Part shown: positions 51,833 to 61,667 of the stretch, piece by piece
How positions within the stretch are numbered: position 1 is the first letter of the stretch
How the letters are laid out: each line of letters begins with the position of its first letter
NCBI GenBank assembly: GCA_013387215.1
Contig: WARW01000002.1
Location: 3,659-67,658, forward strand
Source of the DNA: Patescibacteria group bacterium
GTDB lineage: Bacteria > Patescibacteriota > Microgenomatia > UBA12405
Direction: 5' to 3'
Length of the DNA: 64,000 nt
The notes under the pieces: generated by a model
Seen by the model: only the letters and a program-made list of their open reading frames with translations
Told to the model about the DNA's origin: nothing
Database searches by the model: none
Made by a program: the position numbers and the translations under genes

Positions 51833-52432
51833 GTGATGGTAGAATTGAGACATATGGAGATCAAAATTCTGGGAAACCAATCAGCCTATTTTAAAGGCAA
51901 GAAAGAAAATATTTTAATTAATCCAACTGAGGATTTAATGAATTCTAGTAAGTATCCGTCACGCATTGTTATTTTTACTTCTGAAAAATTTGACGGTATG
52001 GGTTTGAAAAATGACGCTGTTTTGATTCGTGGTCCAGGCGAATATGAAGTGGGCGGAGTGGAAATTAATGGTTATAACGCAGGCAATGGCGATACTATGT
52101 ATATAGTAGGACAGGATGGTTTAACTTTGGGAATTTTGGGTGAGTTAAATGAACAATTGAGTGAAAAAAGAATTGATAAAGTGGCTGGAGTTGATGTGTT
52201 ATTAGCACCAGTAGTAATCAAAACTGAAAATAGCGCCAAAGTAGTTTTGGACTGGGCTAAAAAATGGGGAGTAAATTATTTAATTCCAACTGGTTGGGTT
52301 GAAGATGAACAGGCTTTAGGCAAATTTTTAGATGTAGCCGATCAAGAAGGCTTGGAAAAAGTCGATTCTTTGAAAGTCGATAGCAATGATTTACCCGACG
52401 GATTGGAAGTAAAGGTCTTAAAGAAGGTATAA
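51833..52432 (+). CDS. hypothetical protein (199 aa), weak resemblance to MBL-fold/UPF0173 N-terminus but lacking His motifs
   Basis: MEIKILGNQSAYFKGKKENILINP resembles a Lactamase_B_3 N-terminus. No HxHxDH motif, so the function is unassigned. Confidence 0.3.
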   Translation: MMVELRHMEIKILGNQSAYFKGKKENILINPTEDLMNSSKYPSRIVIFTSEKFDGMGLKNDAVLIRGPGEYEVGGVEINGYNAGNGDTMYIVGQDGLTLGILGELNEQLSEKRIDKVAGVDVLLAPVVIKTENSAKVVLDWAKKWGVNYLIPTGWVEDEQALGKFLDVADQEGLEKVDSLKVDSNDLPDGLEVKVLKKV

Positions 52433-52439
52433 TAAGGGT

Positions 52440-53750
52440 ATGAAGGATGTAATCAAATTACCACCCAGCTCAGAAGAAGCTGAATTGTGTGTATTGGGAG
52501 CAATCCTTATTGATAATGATGCGGTTTTGGGAGTTTCTGAATTCTTAAGACCCGAGCACTTCTATAATTCAAATTATTCCAAAATCTATGAGGCAATGAT
52601 GAGCCTTTATGAGGACAGATCGCCAATAGATATAGTGACAGTTTCGGAAAAATTAAAAACTTTTAAACTTTTGAAAAAAATTGGCGGCAAGGCATTTTTA
52701 GCCAGACTGGCCAACGAAGTGCCAACAGCTGCCAACGTGGAAAGTTACGGCCGAATTATTAAGGCGTTGTCAGCAAAAAGAGAATTAATTTCAGCCGCTT
52801 CAAGAATTACGGAAAAAGCTTTTGATGAGGGATTGCCATCAGAAGAACTTTTGGATATTGCCGAACAAGAGATTTTTTCATTATCACAAAAACATTTAAA
52901 ATCAGTACCTTCTTCAATAAAAGAAGTGCTAACCGCAAGTTTTGATAGGTTGGATGAATTGCAAAAATTAGGAAGTGGTTTGAGAGGTGTGCCAACTGGT
53001 TATAAAGGTTTAGATACGATTTTAGCGGGGATGCAGGATAGTAATTTATTGATTTTAGCGGCTCGTCCAGGTGTGGGTAAGACTGCTTTCTGTTTAAACG
53101 TAGCAAGACATGTGGCAGTCGAGGAAAAAAGACCAGTGTGTATATTTTCATTGGAAATGAGTAAAGAGGAATTAGTGGACAGACTTTTAGTTAGACAAGG
53201 TTTGATTGATGCCTGGAAATTAAAAACCGGACAACTTTCCGATAATGACTTTGCATCTTTATCCGAAGCTATGGGAATTCTTGCTGATGCACCTTTGTAT
53301 ATCGACGATACACCAGGATTGACGGTGACCGAATTAAGAACTAAGGCACGAAGATTACAGGTGGATAAAGATATAAAATTTATAATCGTGGATTATTTGC
53401 AGTTAATGCATGGATCAACAAGAGACAACCGGGTTCAGGAGGTGGCAGAAATTTCCCAAGGATTAAAGAATTTAGCCAGAGAACTAAGAATTCCTATTTT
53501 GGCTTTGGCACAGCTTTCAAGAGCAATGGAAGCCAGAGGTGGAAAACCAAGACTTTCTGATTTAAGAGAATCTGGAAGCATAGAACAGGATGCCGACGTA
53601 GTTATGTTTTTATATCGGGAAGATGAAGAAGTTAGAGAAATGGTGACATGCAGTATTGAAAAACACCGAAACGGCGGAGTGGGGAGTTTTAATCTCTACT
53701 TTAATGGTAAACAAGTCAGTTTCTTTGATGTAGAAAAGAAACAAGGCTAA
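52440..53750 (+). CDS. dnaB: replicative DNA helicase DnaB (no intein)
   Basis: N-terminal domain (AELCVLGAILID), Walker A ARPGVGKTAF, Walker B IIVDYLQLM, an RecA-like core, and the arginine-finger region. Confidence 0.9.
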   Translation: MKDVIKLPPSSEEAELCVLGAILIDNDAVLGVSEFLRPEHFYNSNYSKIYEAMMSLYEDRSPIDIVTVSEKLKTFKLLKKIGGKAFLARLANEVPTAANVESYGRIIKALSAKRELISAASRITEKAFDEGLPSEELLDIAEQEIFSLSQKHLKSVPSSIKEVLTASFDRLDELQKLGSGLRGVPTGYKGLDTILAGMQDSNLLILAARPGVGKTAFCLNVARHVAVEEKRPVCIFSLEMSKEELVDRLLVRQGLIDAWKLKTGQLSDNDFASLSEAMGILADAPLYIDDTPGLTVTELRTKARRLQVDKDIKFIIVDYLQLMHGSTRDNRVQEVAEISQGLKNLARELRIPILALAQLSRAMEARGGKPRLSDLRESGSIEQDADVVMFLYREDEEVREMVTCSIEKHRNGGVGSFNLYFNGKQVSFFDVEKKQG

Positions 53751-53791
53751 ATGAACTGGAAAAGCTTGCTTGGAGATGATTTAATGTATAA

Positions 53792-55060
53792 ATGATCAAA
53801 TTGGTTGGCAATGTGAAACTAAAATATTTATGGAAGTATTTGCCTTTTTGGATGTTTTTAATGTTTTTTAAATTTGGTGCTTGCCTTCACTATAATTTAC
53901 TGTCGCCATTTGGTGAAAGAGTTTTGCCTGTTTGGATTGTGGGTTTGGTTATAGGAGCAGCCTCTTTAATGCAATTGTTATTTGATGTGCCGGCGGGATT
54001 TATTTTGGACAAATATGGCTATAAAAGATTTTTGAAAATAACAACATTAATTTTTATGGTGTCTATTTTAGTGTTACTTTGGAAACTTAATTTGTGGACT
54101 TATTTAATAACCGTTTTTTTGAGCTGTTTTGGCTGGCTTTTCTTTGGTCCCGGAGCAAATGCTTATGTGATTTCTCATGCACCTAAAAAACAAGCCGGAT
54201 GTTTTTTGTCTTTCAGAGATATGTTTGAATCAATGGGAGTGGTGTTGAGCAGCGCTATTTTTATTTTTACCTTATCTTTACCAGTGAGAATGGTGGGGGT
54301 GGTGATTTTGACATTATTAACGGCTACTTTTATTGCAATTAATTTTGCTCCTGAGGATGTCGGATTAGTTCATCAAAAAAAGAAATTAAAAACCCAAAAT
54401 TATTATATTAGGCGACAGTATCTAATAAAGGTAATTAAGGCAATATCGAGATTAAACCCTGCCAGTGTGATGCTTTTATTAACTGGTTTAACATCTTCGA
54501 TTTTTTATGCCTTAATCTGGTTTGTGGTGCCATTGATGCTGGCACATAACATGGTTCCAGGAGTGATGAGCTGGGCATTGGGAATATTTGATTTGGCGAT
54601 AGTTTTAATGGGGTTTATTTTGGGTAAAGTTGCCGATCGAGTAAATAAGAAAAAATTAGTTTTTATCGGCCTTTTGATGTTTTCGATTACAGGAATGATT
54701 TTAGGTTTTCATTTTGGAATAGTATTTTTACTGTTAGGGTTTTTGGCGACAACAGGGGATGAAATGTCGACAATTTCTTTGTGGCTTTGGCTAAATACTT
54801 TAGATAAAAACCATGACGAAGATGGTTTAGTGTCGGGAGTAATTAATTTGTTTCAAGATTTAGGATGGGCAATCGGTCCAGTTATGGCTGGATTTTTATA
54901 TTCTAATATTGGTCCAGAATGGACAATTGCGGCCGGGGGAATGTTGGTATTTTTGGTTTGGATTATTTATTGCCTTAAATTGGGTAAATCTCATAGTTAT
55001 TTTAGTTTAAGCTCGGAGTTTGTGGAGAATAAACCACATCGTTTTAGACATAAGAGGTAA
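53792..55060 (+). CDS. MFS-type transporter (12 TM)
   Basis: 422 aa. Twelve predicted TM helices in a 6+6 arrangement with a basic central loop (HQKKKLKTQNYYIRRQY). Confidence 0.6.
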   Translation: MIKLVGNVKLKYLWKYLPFWMFLMFFKFGACLHYNLLSPFGERVLPVWIVGLVIGAASLMQLLFDVPAGFILDKYGYKRFLKITTLIFMVSILVLLWKLNLWTYLITVFLSCFGWLFFGPGANAYVISHAPKKQAGCFLSFRDMFESMGVVLSSAIFIFTLSLPVRMVGVVILTLLTATFIAINFAPEDVGLVHQKKKLKTQNYYIRRQYLIKVIKAISRLNPASVMLLLTGLTSSIFYALIWFVVPLMLAHNMVPGVMSWALGIFDLAIVLMGFILGKVADRVNKKKLVFIGLLMFSITGMILGFHFGIVFLLLGFLATTGDEMSTISLWLWLNTLDKNHDEDGLVSGVINLFQDLGWAIGPVMAGFLYSNIGPEWTIAAGGMLVFLVWIIYCLKLGKSHSYFSLSSEFVENKPHRFRHKR

Positions 55061-55105
55061 GTTACTTAAAATATCGGGGATGTTGTGAGATAATAAATTA
55101 CTTTT

Positions 55106-55188
55106 GCCGGAGTGGTGGAATGGTAGACACGCACGACTCAAAATCGTGTGATAGCGATATCGTGGGGGTTCAAGTCCCTCCTTCGGCA
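55106..55188 (+). tRNA. tRNA-Leu (anticodon CAA)
   Basis: GCCGGAG acceptor, D-arm GTGGTGGAATGGTAGACAC, anticodon stem CACGA/TCGTG with loop CTCAAAA, long variable arm, T-loop TTCAAGT. CCA is not fully encoded. Confidence 0.8.
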
Positions 55189-55221
55189 CAAAAAAATAGA
55201 AAGTGGATGATAAAATAGGTT

Positions 55222-55896
55222 ATGAATTTGGCAATAATTAGAGTTTTGGGCATCATTTTATTTTTATATTTGATGTGGCGTAATTTGAAAGATAATTATC
55301 ATGAGAATGATTTGATTTCTTATTCTTGGGTTGCTCTTTTGAGTTTTTTTGCCGGCGGAAGATTGGTGTATGGATTAATTAATTGGGGAGTATGGAATAC
55401 TAATTGGACTGACTGGTTTGCCGTTTGGAATAAACCGGGTTTAAGTTTGATTGGTGCTTACTTAGCTGTTTTTGGAGTCACTTATTGGATATGCAGAAAT
55501 GAAGGCTGGAAATTGTGGTCATTTGCTGAAGATAGTTTAAATGTTTTTTTGGTGTTTTTTATCTTTTTGATTTTAGACGAATTTGTTAGGTCGGGATTTG
55601 ATTTGAGAACAGGCGTAAATATTTTAGTGGCAATAATTGCCTTTGCTGCCTCACTTTTCATTAAAACAAAATACCGATCATTCAGCTGGTACCGTAGTGG
55701 AAAAAAAGGTTTTGGATTTTTATTTATAAATTCTTTGATTTGTTTTATGCTCGCAGGTGTTTCTTTTTGGTTCAAAGACAGTATAATCTATACAGGATTG
55801 TACCTGTTAGGCGGGTTGATTTCTTTGGTTGGATTGTGTATCTTGGGAGAAGTCTTTGATGAATTAATGGTTAATTTAAAAAGGAATAAAAAATGA
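55222..55896 (+). CDS. polytopic membrane protein, possibly a divergent prolipoprotein diacylglyceryl transferase (Lgt-like)
   Basis: 224 aa, ~6 TM. FAGGRLVYGLINWGVW resembles the Lgt G-x-RLG-Y-x-x-x motif. Context with lspA two genes downstream. Weak. Confidence 0.35.
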   Translation: MNLAIIRVLGIILFLYLMWRNLKDNYHENDLISYSWVALLSFFAGGRLVYGLINWGVWNTNWTDWFAVWNKPGLSLIGAYLAVFGVTYWICRNEGWKLWSFAEDSLNVFLVFFIFLILDEFVRSGFDLRTGVNILVAIIAFAASLFIKTKYRSFSWYRSGKKGFGFLFINSLICFMLAGVSFWFKDSIIYTGLYLLGGLISLVGLCILGEVFDELMVNLKRNKK

Positions 55897-56279
55897 CAGA
55901 GTCAAAATCAGCTAATAAAGGATTAAACTTCCCGGAAAAACTATTGAGTCCAATAAAAAACTTTTTAGAAAGCGAGTTGGTTAAATTAAAAAGACAAAAG
56001 AAAAATCTGAAGGAAGCAGATCCTTTTTCCGATGCCGGAAGAACGACCGAAAATTCCATTGAAGAAGATTTGGATGAACAAATCGGTCATTTTGATTCTG
56101 AAGTAAAGGTAAAATTTGTTAACCGACAGATCGTTCAATTAAGAAAAGCATTAACCAGAATGAAAATTGGAAAGTATGGAGTTTGCGAAAAATGTGGTGA
56201 AATGATTGATACTGATCGATTAGCTATTAGCCCTGAAGCCACAACTTGTGTTGAATGCAGTAAAGAAGACGAGAAATAA
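55893..56279 (+). CDS. DksA/TraR-family C4 zinc-finger protein
   Basis: Coiled-coil N-terminus plus a C-terminal CEKCGEMIDTDRLAISPEATTCVEC (C-x2-C-x17-C-x2-C), typical of DksA/TraR/YteA. Confidence 0.55.
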   Translation: MTESKSANKGLNFPEKLLSPIKNFLESELVKLKRQKKNLKEADPFSDAGRTTENSIEEDLDEQIGHFDSEVKVKFVNRQIVQLRKALTRMKIGKYGVCEKCGEMIDTDRLAISPEATTCVECSKEDEK

Positions 56280-56643
56280 GATTGGATTTTTGGCAGGGTT
56301 TTCGATAGCCACCTTTGCGGTCCATGAGTTAATCTCAATTTTTGAGAGAAATTTGATATCCAATACAGGGGTTAGCTTTGGTCAAGAATTTCCATTTTTG
56401 CTTGTAATTACGGGTATATTTGCTGCAATGTGTGTGTTTTTATATATGAGACATGGAAGTTGGGGACTTATGTTGGTGGTAAGCGGCGGGTTGGTTAATT
56501 TCAGCGATAGATTGAGGTTTAATTTTGTCCGCGATTATTGGAATTTTTTTGGAAGCGGAATTTATAATAATATTAATGATTGGATTATTGGTCTGGGGGT
56601 TATATTATTTTTAATAGAAACGATATGGAAAAAGTCAAAATAA
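56248..56643 (+). CDS. lspA: lipoprotein signal peptidase II
   Basis: 4 TM. Motifs NTGVSFG (N-x-G-A-A-F) and GGLVNFSDRLRFNFVRDYW (GG..N..DR...G.V.D), and NINDWII (FN.AD-like), match LspA. The start is uncertain (overlaps the upstream gene end). Confidence 0.65.
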   Translation: MLNAVKKTRNKIGFLAGFSIATFAVHELISIFERNLISNTGVSFGQEFPFLLVITGIFAAMCVFLYMRHGSWGLMLVVSGGLVNFSDRLRFNFVRDYWNFFGSGIYNNINDWIIGLGVILFLIETIWKKSK

Positions 56644-57296
56644 TTTTTGAAGATGAATATTTGATGCTTTTGGAAAAGCCGGCTTTTATGGTGACAACTA
56701 AGGAAAAACCAAACGAGAAAAATACTTTAGAAGATTATTTAAGAGAAAATAGAAATAATAAATTAGCAAGAAATGGAATCGTTCATAGACTGGATAAGGG
56801 GACTTCAGGTTTAGTTTTGGCGGCTAAAACAGAAGATGTGCTTTTAAATCTAAAAAAACAATTTAAAAGCAGAACGATTAAAAAAAAGTATTATTGCTTA
56901 GTGTGTGGAGACGTTTCATTTGAAGGGGTAATTGAAGTGCCAATCGGCAGATCAAAATATAGTTTCGGTAAATTTGCGGTGAATGTTGATGGCAAGGATT
57001 CCAGAACCGAATTTAAATTAATTTCGAAATATAAAAAGAATAATAAAATTTATAGTCTTTTAGATATTGACCTTAAAACAGGTAGAACTCATCAAATTAG
57101 AGTTCATTTATCGTATTTAAGGTGGCCATTGGTGGGCGATAAACAGTATGGCGGGGAAACAAACGATTTAAACAGACCGTTTTTGCATTCTCATCGAATC
57201 TGTTTTATTCATCCAGTGAACAAAAAAGAAATGATGTTTGAGTCAGGTTTACCTTTAGATTTACAAACTGTTTTGGATACCTATGAGAAGATCTAA
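56625..57296 (+). CDS. rluD: RluA-family pseudouridine synthase (RluD-like, no S4 domain)
   Basis: HRLDKGTSGLVLAAKT (catalytic Asp in HRLD) and the TGRTHQIRVHL motif. lspA-rluD adjacency is as in Bacillus. Confidence 0.8.
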   Translation: MEKVKIIFEDEYLMLLEKPAFMVTTKEKPNEKNTLEDYLRENRNNKLARNGIVHRLDKGTSGLVLAAKTEDVLLNLKKQFKSRTIKKKYYCLVCGDVSFEGVIEVPIGRSKYSFGKFAVNVDGKDSRTEFKLISKYKKNNKIYSLLDIDLKTGRTHQIRVHLSYLRWPLVGDKQYGGETNDLNRPFLHSHRICFIHPVNKKEMMFESGLPLDLQTVLDTYEKI

Positions 57297-58143
57297 GTTT
57301 GTTAAACCAGAAAAAAACCTGCAAAGAAAACTTCTTTTGGTATTAGCAATATTGCTTGTATTGGCTGTTTTTGTTTTTTATGTCAGAAGTGATCTCAAGA
57401 AGGGGAATAATGATTATAAAATTGCTTTGGTAAGCAACAATAAGCTGGAAATGATTTCAATATCGCCGGAAAGGAAAATGATTAATGTGCTTAGGGTTGA
57501 TGGAAACGTGCCGGTGTGGATCCCAAATGGTCCGGGATGGTATCGAATTAATCAAATGGAAAAGATACTAAATCGAAATTCAAAAAATACTAAAGATTTA
57601 TTTTTTTATAATTTTGGTTTTGTGCCTGACAGGGAAATATTTTCAGAAAATGAAAATGCTTGGAAAAACGCTTCAGAATTGATTGGGGATTTGGGTTTAG
57701 TTAATTGGATTAGTTTTAAATTCAATCAAGACTCAATGCTTTTAAAAGATGAAGAAATTAAGGATGATCTGAATAAAAGTGCGACAGTACTAGATGAACT
57801 AATGCCGAGAGATTTTTCAGATAATCGGGTGCTTAATGATGATTTAAGTTTGTCTGTTTTTAATGCTACCGGCGAGAGCGGACTGGCTAATTTTATTGGA
57901 AAAAGACTAGAATGGGCGGGATATTCCATAGTCTCAAGCGATAGCACTAGCGATAAAATCGATGGCTGTGCGATTAATTATGGTCCAAAATCAGATTTGA
58001 ATTATGCTTTTAAACTTTTAGATAAAGTTTTTGATTGCAAAAAAAATTATGATGATAATTTGAATGAAAACGAAGCGGAACTATATTTTGGTGAGAACTA
58101 TGTTTCAATGGTAAAATACTCTAGTTATCAACAGAACAATTAG
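57283..58143 (+). CDS. membrane-anchored protein with a C-terminal LytR_C-like domain (LCP-family-associated)
   Basis: N-terminal TM (LLLVLAILLVLAVFVFYV). The C-terminus LSVFNATGESGLANFIGKRLEWAGYSIVSSDS...INYG resembles the LytR C-terminal domain pattern. Confidence 0.4.
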   Translation: MRRSKFVKPEKNLQRKLLLVLAILLVLAVFVFYVRSDLKKGNNDYKIALVSNNKLEMISISPERKMINVLRVDGNVPVWIPNGPGWYRINQMEKILNRNSKNTKDLFFYNFGFVPDREIFSENENAWKNASELIGDLGLVNWISFKFNQDSMLLKDEEIKDDLNKSATVLDELMPRDFSDNRVLNDDLSLSVFNATGESGLANFIGKRLEWAGYSIVSSDSTSDKIDGCAINYGPKSDLNYAFKLLDKVFDCKKNYDDNLNENEAELYFGENYVSMVKYSSYQQNN

Positions 58144-58146
58144 TCT

Positions 58147-58860
58147 ATGTCAGGTCATTCAAAGTGGGCAAATATCAAAAATAGAAAAGGTGCCCAAGAT
58201 AAAAAACGAAGTGAAGCTTTTACAAAAATGTCAAAAAATATTTTGACAGCTATTAGAATGGGAGGCGGGAATACTAATCCAGAGTCTAATTTAAGCTTGA
58301 AGACAGCCATAGATAAGGCAAAAGAAGTTAGCATGCCAAAAGAGAATATTGAAAGACTTCTGCAAAGATTTGAAGACAGAAAAGCAAATTTAGTTAATTT
58401 TAATATTGAAGGTTATGGACCTTTTGGGGTGCCGATTGTGGTGGAAGTTGAATCGGATAATAAAAACCGAATCTTAACTGAAATCAAGATGATTTTTAGA
58501 GATTACGAGGTGAGTGTCGGAGAAATGAACTCGGTGATGTTCCAGTTTAAAAAAGTTGGAGAAGTGGAATTTGAAGAAATTCCTGAAGATAAAGAATTGG
58601 ATTTAATCGATGCCGGCGCGGAAGATTTTGAAGGAAACGTGGCCATTGTTGATGCCACTAATTTGAATTCCTTTGTTCAAAAAGCAAATGAAACGGGATT
58701 AAATGTGGTCAGATCAGAAACTCTCTTAAGAGCAATCAATCCAATTATGCTTGGAAGTGAAGAAGAGGTGGGTAAGATCATGGATTTGGTGGATGCATTG
58801 GAAGAAAATGATGATGTTATAAATGTGTCTGCAGGATTTGATTATGCCCAAAAGATTTAA
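58147..58860 (+). CDS. yebC: YebC/PmpR-family probable transcriptional regulator
   Basis: MSGHSKWANIKNRKGAQDKKRSEAFTKMSKNI is the canonical YebC N-terminus. Confidence 0.85.
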   Translation: MSGHSKWANIKNRKGAQDKKRSEAFTKMSKNILTAIRMGGGNTNPESNLSLKTAIDKAKEVSMPKENIERLLQRFEDRKANLVNFNIEGYGPFGVPIVVEVESDNKNRILTEIKMIFRDYEVSVGEMNSVMFQFKKVGEVEFEEIPEDKELDLIDAGAEDFEGNVAIVDATNLNSFVQKANETGLNVVRSETLLRAINPIMLGSEEEVGKIMDLVDALEENDDVINVSAGFDYAQKI

Positions 58861-59629
58861 GTATCTTATCTCTTCCATATTTTCGACCATTGGTTTTTTC
58901 TTCTTTTTATCGCTGCCTTACGAATCCCATTATTACGGACTTTTAGTGGGAATTGTTTTGATAATTTTTTGTTTTTGGTTTGGATTGGGGATTATTTTTG
59001 AAAAAAGTTTGTATGTGAGAATAATGTCGATAATTTTGCCAGTAGGATTTTTTGTGGGATTTGGTTTGTTTGCGGCTTTATTGCCAACCAATTTATTCGT
59101 CGAATCTTTGATCAGTTTGTTTTTTGGAATAGTGGCCTACATTATATTTTTGGTGGAAAACGTGTTTTTGGTGTCGATTGGTTTTAGAACTCCGCCTTTG
59201 TACCGGGCAGCTTACACAGTGAGTTTAATGATTCTTCTTTTGACCTCATTTTTCTTGTTTGACAGCTTATATTCGTTTAAATTTTATTATTGGATCAACA
59301 GCCTTTTGGTGTTTTTAATTTCAACTTTAGTCTTTTTATATTCCTATTATAGTGTGACGATTGAACTTCCCGATGATGGTAAAAATAAAGATATTAATGC
59401 TTATGTCTTGGTCCCATCTTTGTTAATGGCCCAACTTTCCTTGGTATTTTCTTTTTGGCCACTAGGAATTTTTAAGGGTTCAATTTATTTGGTGTCAGTG
59501 ATTTATATATTATCAAGTCTTTTGCATTTTGATTTGCGGGAAAGACTTTTCAAAAGAACCTGGCTGACTTTTACCTGGATTGGAGTAGCAGTATTTTTAG
59601 CAATGATTTTAGCCACTAACTGGCGCTGA
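58844..59629 (+). CDS. polytopic membrane protein, hypothetical (~261 aa, ~8 TM)
   Basis: ORF with repeated hydrophobic helices. Start taken at MPKRFKYL. Confidence 0.4.
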   Translation: MPKRFKYLISSIFSTIGFFFFLSLPYESHYYGLLVGIVLIIFCFWFGLGIIFEKSLYVRIMSIILPVGFFVGFGLFAALLPTNLFVESLISLFFGIVAYIIFLVENVFLVSIGFRTPPLYRAAYTVSLMILLLTSFFLFDSLYSFKFYYWINSLLVFLISTLVFLYSYYSVTIELPDDGKNKDINAYVLVPSLLMAQLSLVFSFWPLGIFKGSIYLVSVIYILSSLLHFDLRERLFKRTWLTFTWIGVAVFLAMILATNWR

Positions 59630-60631
59630 GGCTTGGATTGAAGTTATTGCCACAGTGGCGACAATATCATCTACATTACAACCACGAGATAAATCGTTGA
59701 TTGGTTTATTTAACCCTTGAGTGATTGGTCCAAAAGCTTCAGCGTTACCAAGTCGTTGAACGAGTTTATAGCCGATGTTACCGCTGTTAAGATCGGGAAA
59801 AACTAAAATATTGGCATCACCTTTGAGCTTTCCATCTGGATGTTTTTGAGCGCCGACATGGGGCACTAAAGCCGCATCAGCCTGGAGTTCACCTTCAATC
59901 AATAATTCGGGACGAAGATCTTTAACCAAAAGAGTGGCATTTTTGACTTTATCAACCGACTCGCCACTACCGCTGCCATTGGTGGAAAAAGACAACATGG
60001 CAACTTTAGGTTCACAATCAGTAAGAAATTTGAAAGAATCGGCAGTTTGGGTGGCAATATTGGCTAGCTCCGTATCGTTTGGATTAACATTCAAACCACA
60101 ATCAGCAAAAAACAAGACTCCGTTTTCACCATATTGAGTATTTGGGGAAATTATGGCAAAAAATGAAGAAACAATATTATTATTGGGAGCAGTTTTTATT
60201 ATTTGAAGTGCTGGCCTTAAGACATCAGCAGTGGGGCAATTGGCACCGCCCACTAAACCATCTGCCATACCAGTTTTAACAAGCATAGTTCCAAAATAGA
60301 GAGGTGATTTTAATAGTTCACCGGCTTTCTCAAGAGTTAGACCTTTTTCCTTTCTAAGTTCGTATAGGTCTTGGATAAGTTTTTCACTGTACTCGTTATT
60401 GTTTGGATCGATGATTTCAGTTTGGCTTAGATCTAAGTTCAAATTAGAAGCCATATTTTTGACTTCTTCTGGATAAGCTATGATGGTAATATTGGCAATT
60501 TTTTGAGATGTAAGTATGGAAGCTGCTTGAATGACTCGAGGATCGTTTCCGTCGGCAAGAATTATTTTTTTTGGGTTGGCCTTAGCTTTTGCCAGGATGT
60601 TTTGGGTAAATTGGTTCATACGTCTATCCAT
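59609..60631 (-). CDS. pta: phosphate acetyl/butyryl-transferase (Pta family, short form)
   Basis: KKIILADGNDPRVIQAA..., GLVGGANCP.., SRGCNVDDIVATVAITSIQA match PTA_PTB-family motifs. Confidence 0.7.
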   Translation of the reverse strand: MDRRMNQFTQNILAKAKANPKKIILADGNDPRVIQAASILTSQKIANITIIAYPEEVKNMASNLNLDLSQTEIIDPNNNEYSEKLIQDLYELRKEKGLTLEKAGELLKSPLYFGTMLVKTGMADGLVGGANCPTADVLRPALQIIKTAPNNNIVSSFFAIISPNTQYGENGVLFFADCGLNVNPNDTELANIATQTADSFKFLTDCEPKVAMLSFSTNGSGSGESVDKVKNATLLVKDLRPELLIEGELQADAALVPHVGAQKHPDGKLKGDANILVFPDLNSGNIGYKLVQRLGNAEAFGPITQGLNKPINDLSRGCNVDDIVATVAITSIQASAPVSG

Positions 60632-61667
60632 GTATTGTAAACTAGGGCTATCTTATTGTGAATATATATAAATTATGCCTTACTTTAGGATAAATATTAC
60701 GTTTTTATTGAAAATAGGGTAGTGGAGGGAACTATTCTAGGTAAAGGGTGGCTTTGAAACTAACTTCATATAGTTTAGCTAGGCAGATTTTTGGTGTTTA
60801 TATAAGTAAGTTTAGGTTCAAATTTATAAGCAAGTACGGTAAAAAATAACAGGGTAGCAGAGAAGTAGGGAAGTGCTAAGTCCTATAATGTAAGACCTAT
60901 AATATTAAAATAAGCATATATTTTCACGACATGTCCTATAATTTTCACGAAATTGATGATACACAATGATATAGTCTGTGTGGATAAGTCAAAATCCACT
61001 AACTATATCATCGGAGAGTGGTCTCTTTGAGAGAAGAGAGGCCTATTTGATGGGATATCAAAAGTATAAAAGAAATATATTAGTGCAAATTAGACATGGT
61101 GATGAAAGAATATATACCTTACTCTCCTGGTGGGAGAAGCGTCTTTATGGTATGTCGCACAATGTATCTTTTGCGACATTAAGTAAAATACAAACGGAGG
61201 GGAGTAGTGATTTTGACAAATTTATAAAATAATAATTACGCTAATTTATTTCTTATAAATATTATTTTGGTAAAAGATTTGCTAATAAATCCTTATTTAC
61301 TCTCTTAAGCCAGCCGACCCTTCAAAAATTTTTTCAGCTTCAAATTTAATAATTGACTCCCCTCAACTGATTTTAGGTAGGGAACTTGCAAAATTAGTGG
61401 AAATATAGGAAAACTATCTTGACGACTCCCCTATGGCTGTTTTCTATTTTTTGGGCAGGGTAGTTAGGCTACATATAAAATATACATGATAAAACAGAGA
61501 TTGTGCCTAAAAATCGGTAAAATGAAGCTAAGACATCACCAGAGCCCTTTAAACAAACGATTGTTAATTAGGACTTGTACTTTTAAGTCGAAAAATAATT
61601 TTTGAAGTGAGGATTTGCCAGTTTTAGGCAAAATATAAAAATTCATGTCGCAAAATATAGTTAGCTG

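Noticed and set aside
52440-53750. Intein in DnaB
   Set aside because: The protein is 436 aa with contiguous helicase motifs and no insertion.
60978-61232. 84-aa ORF (GTG start) in the AT-rich region upstream of the recombinase
   Set aside because: No RBS, a GTG start, no motif, and an AT-rich context prone to spurious ORFs. Mentioned only as part of the xer-flank finding.
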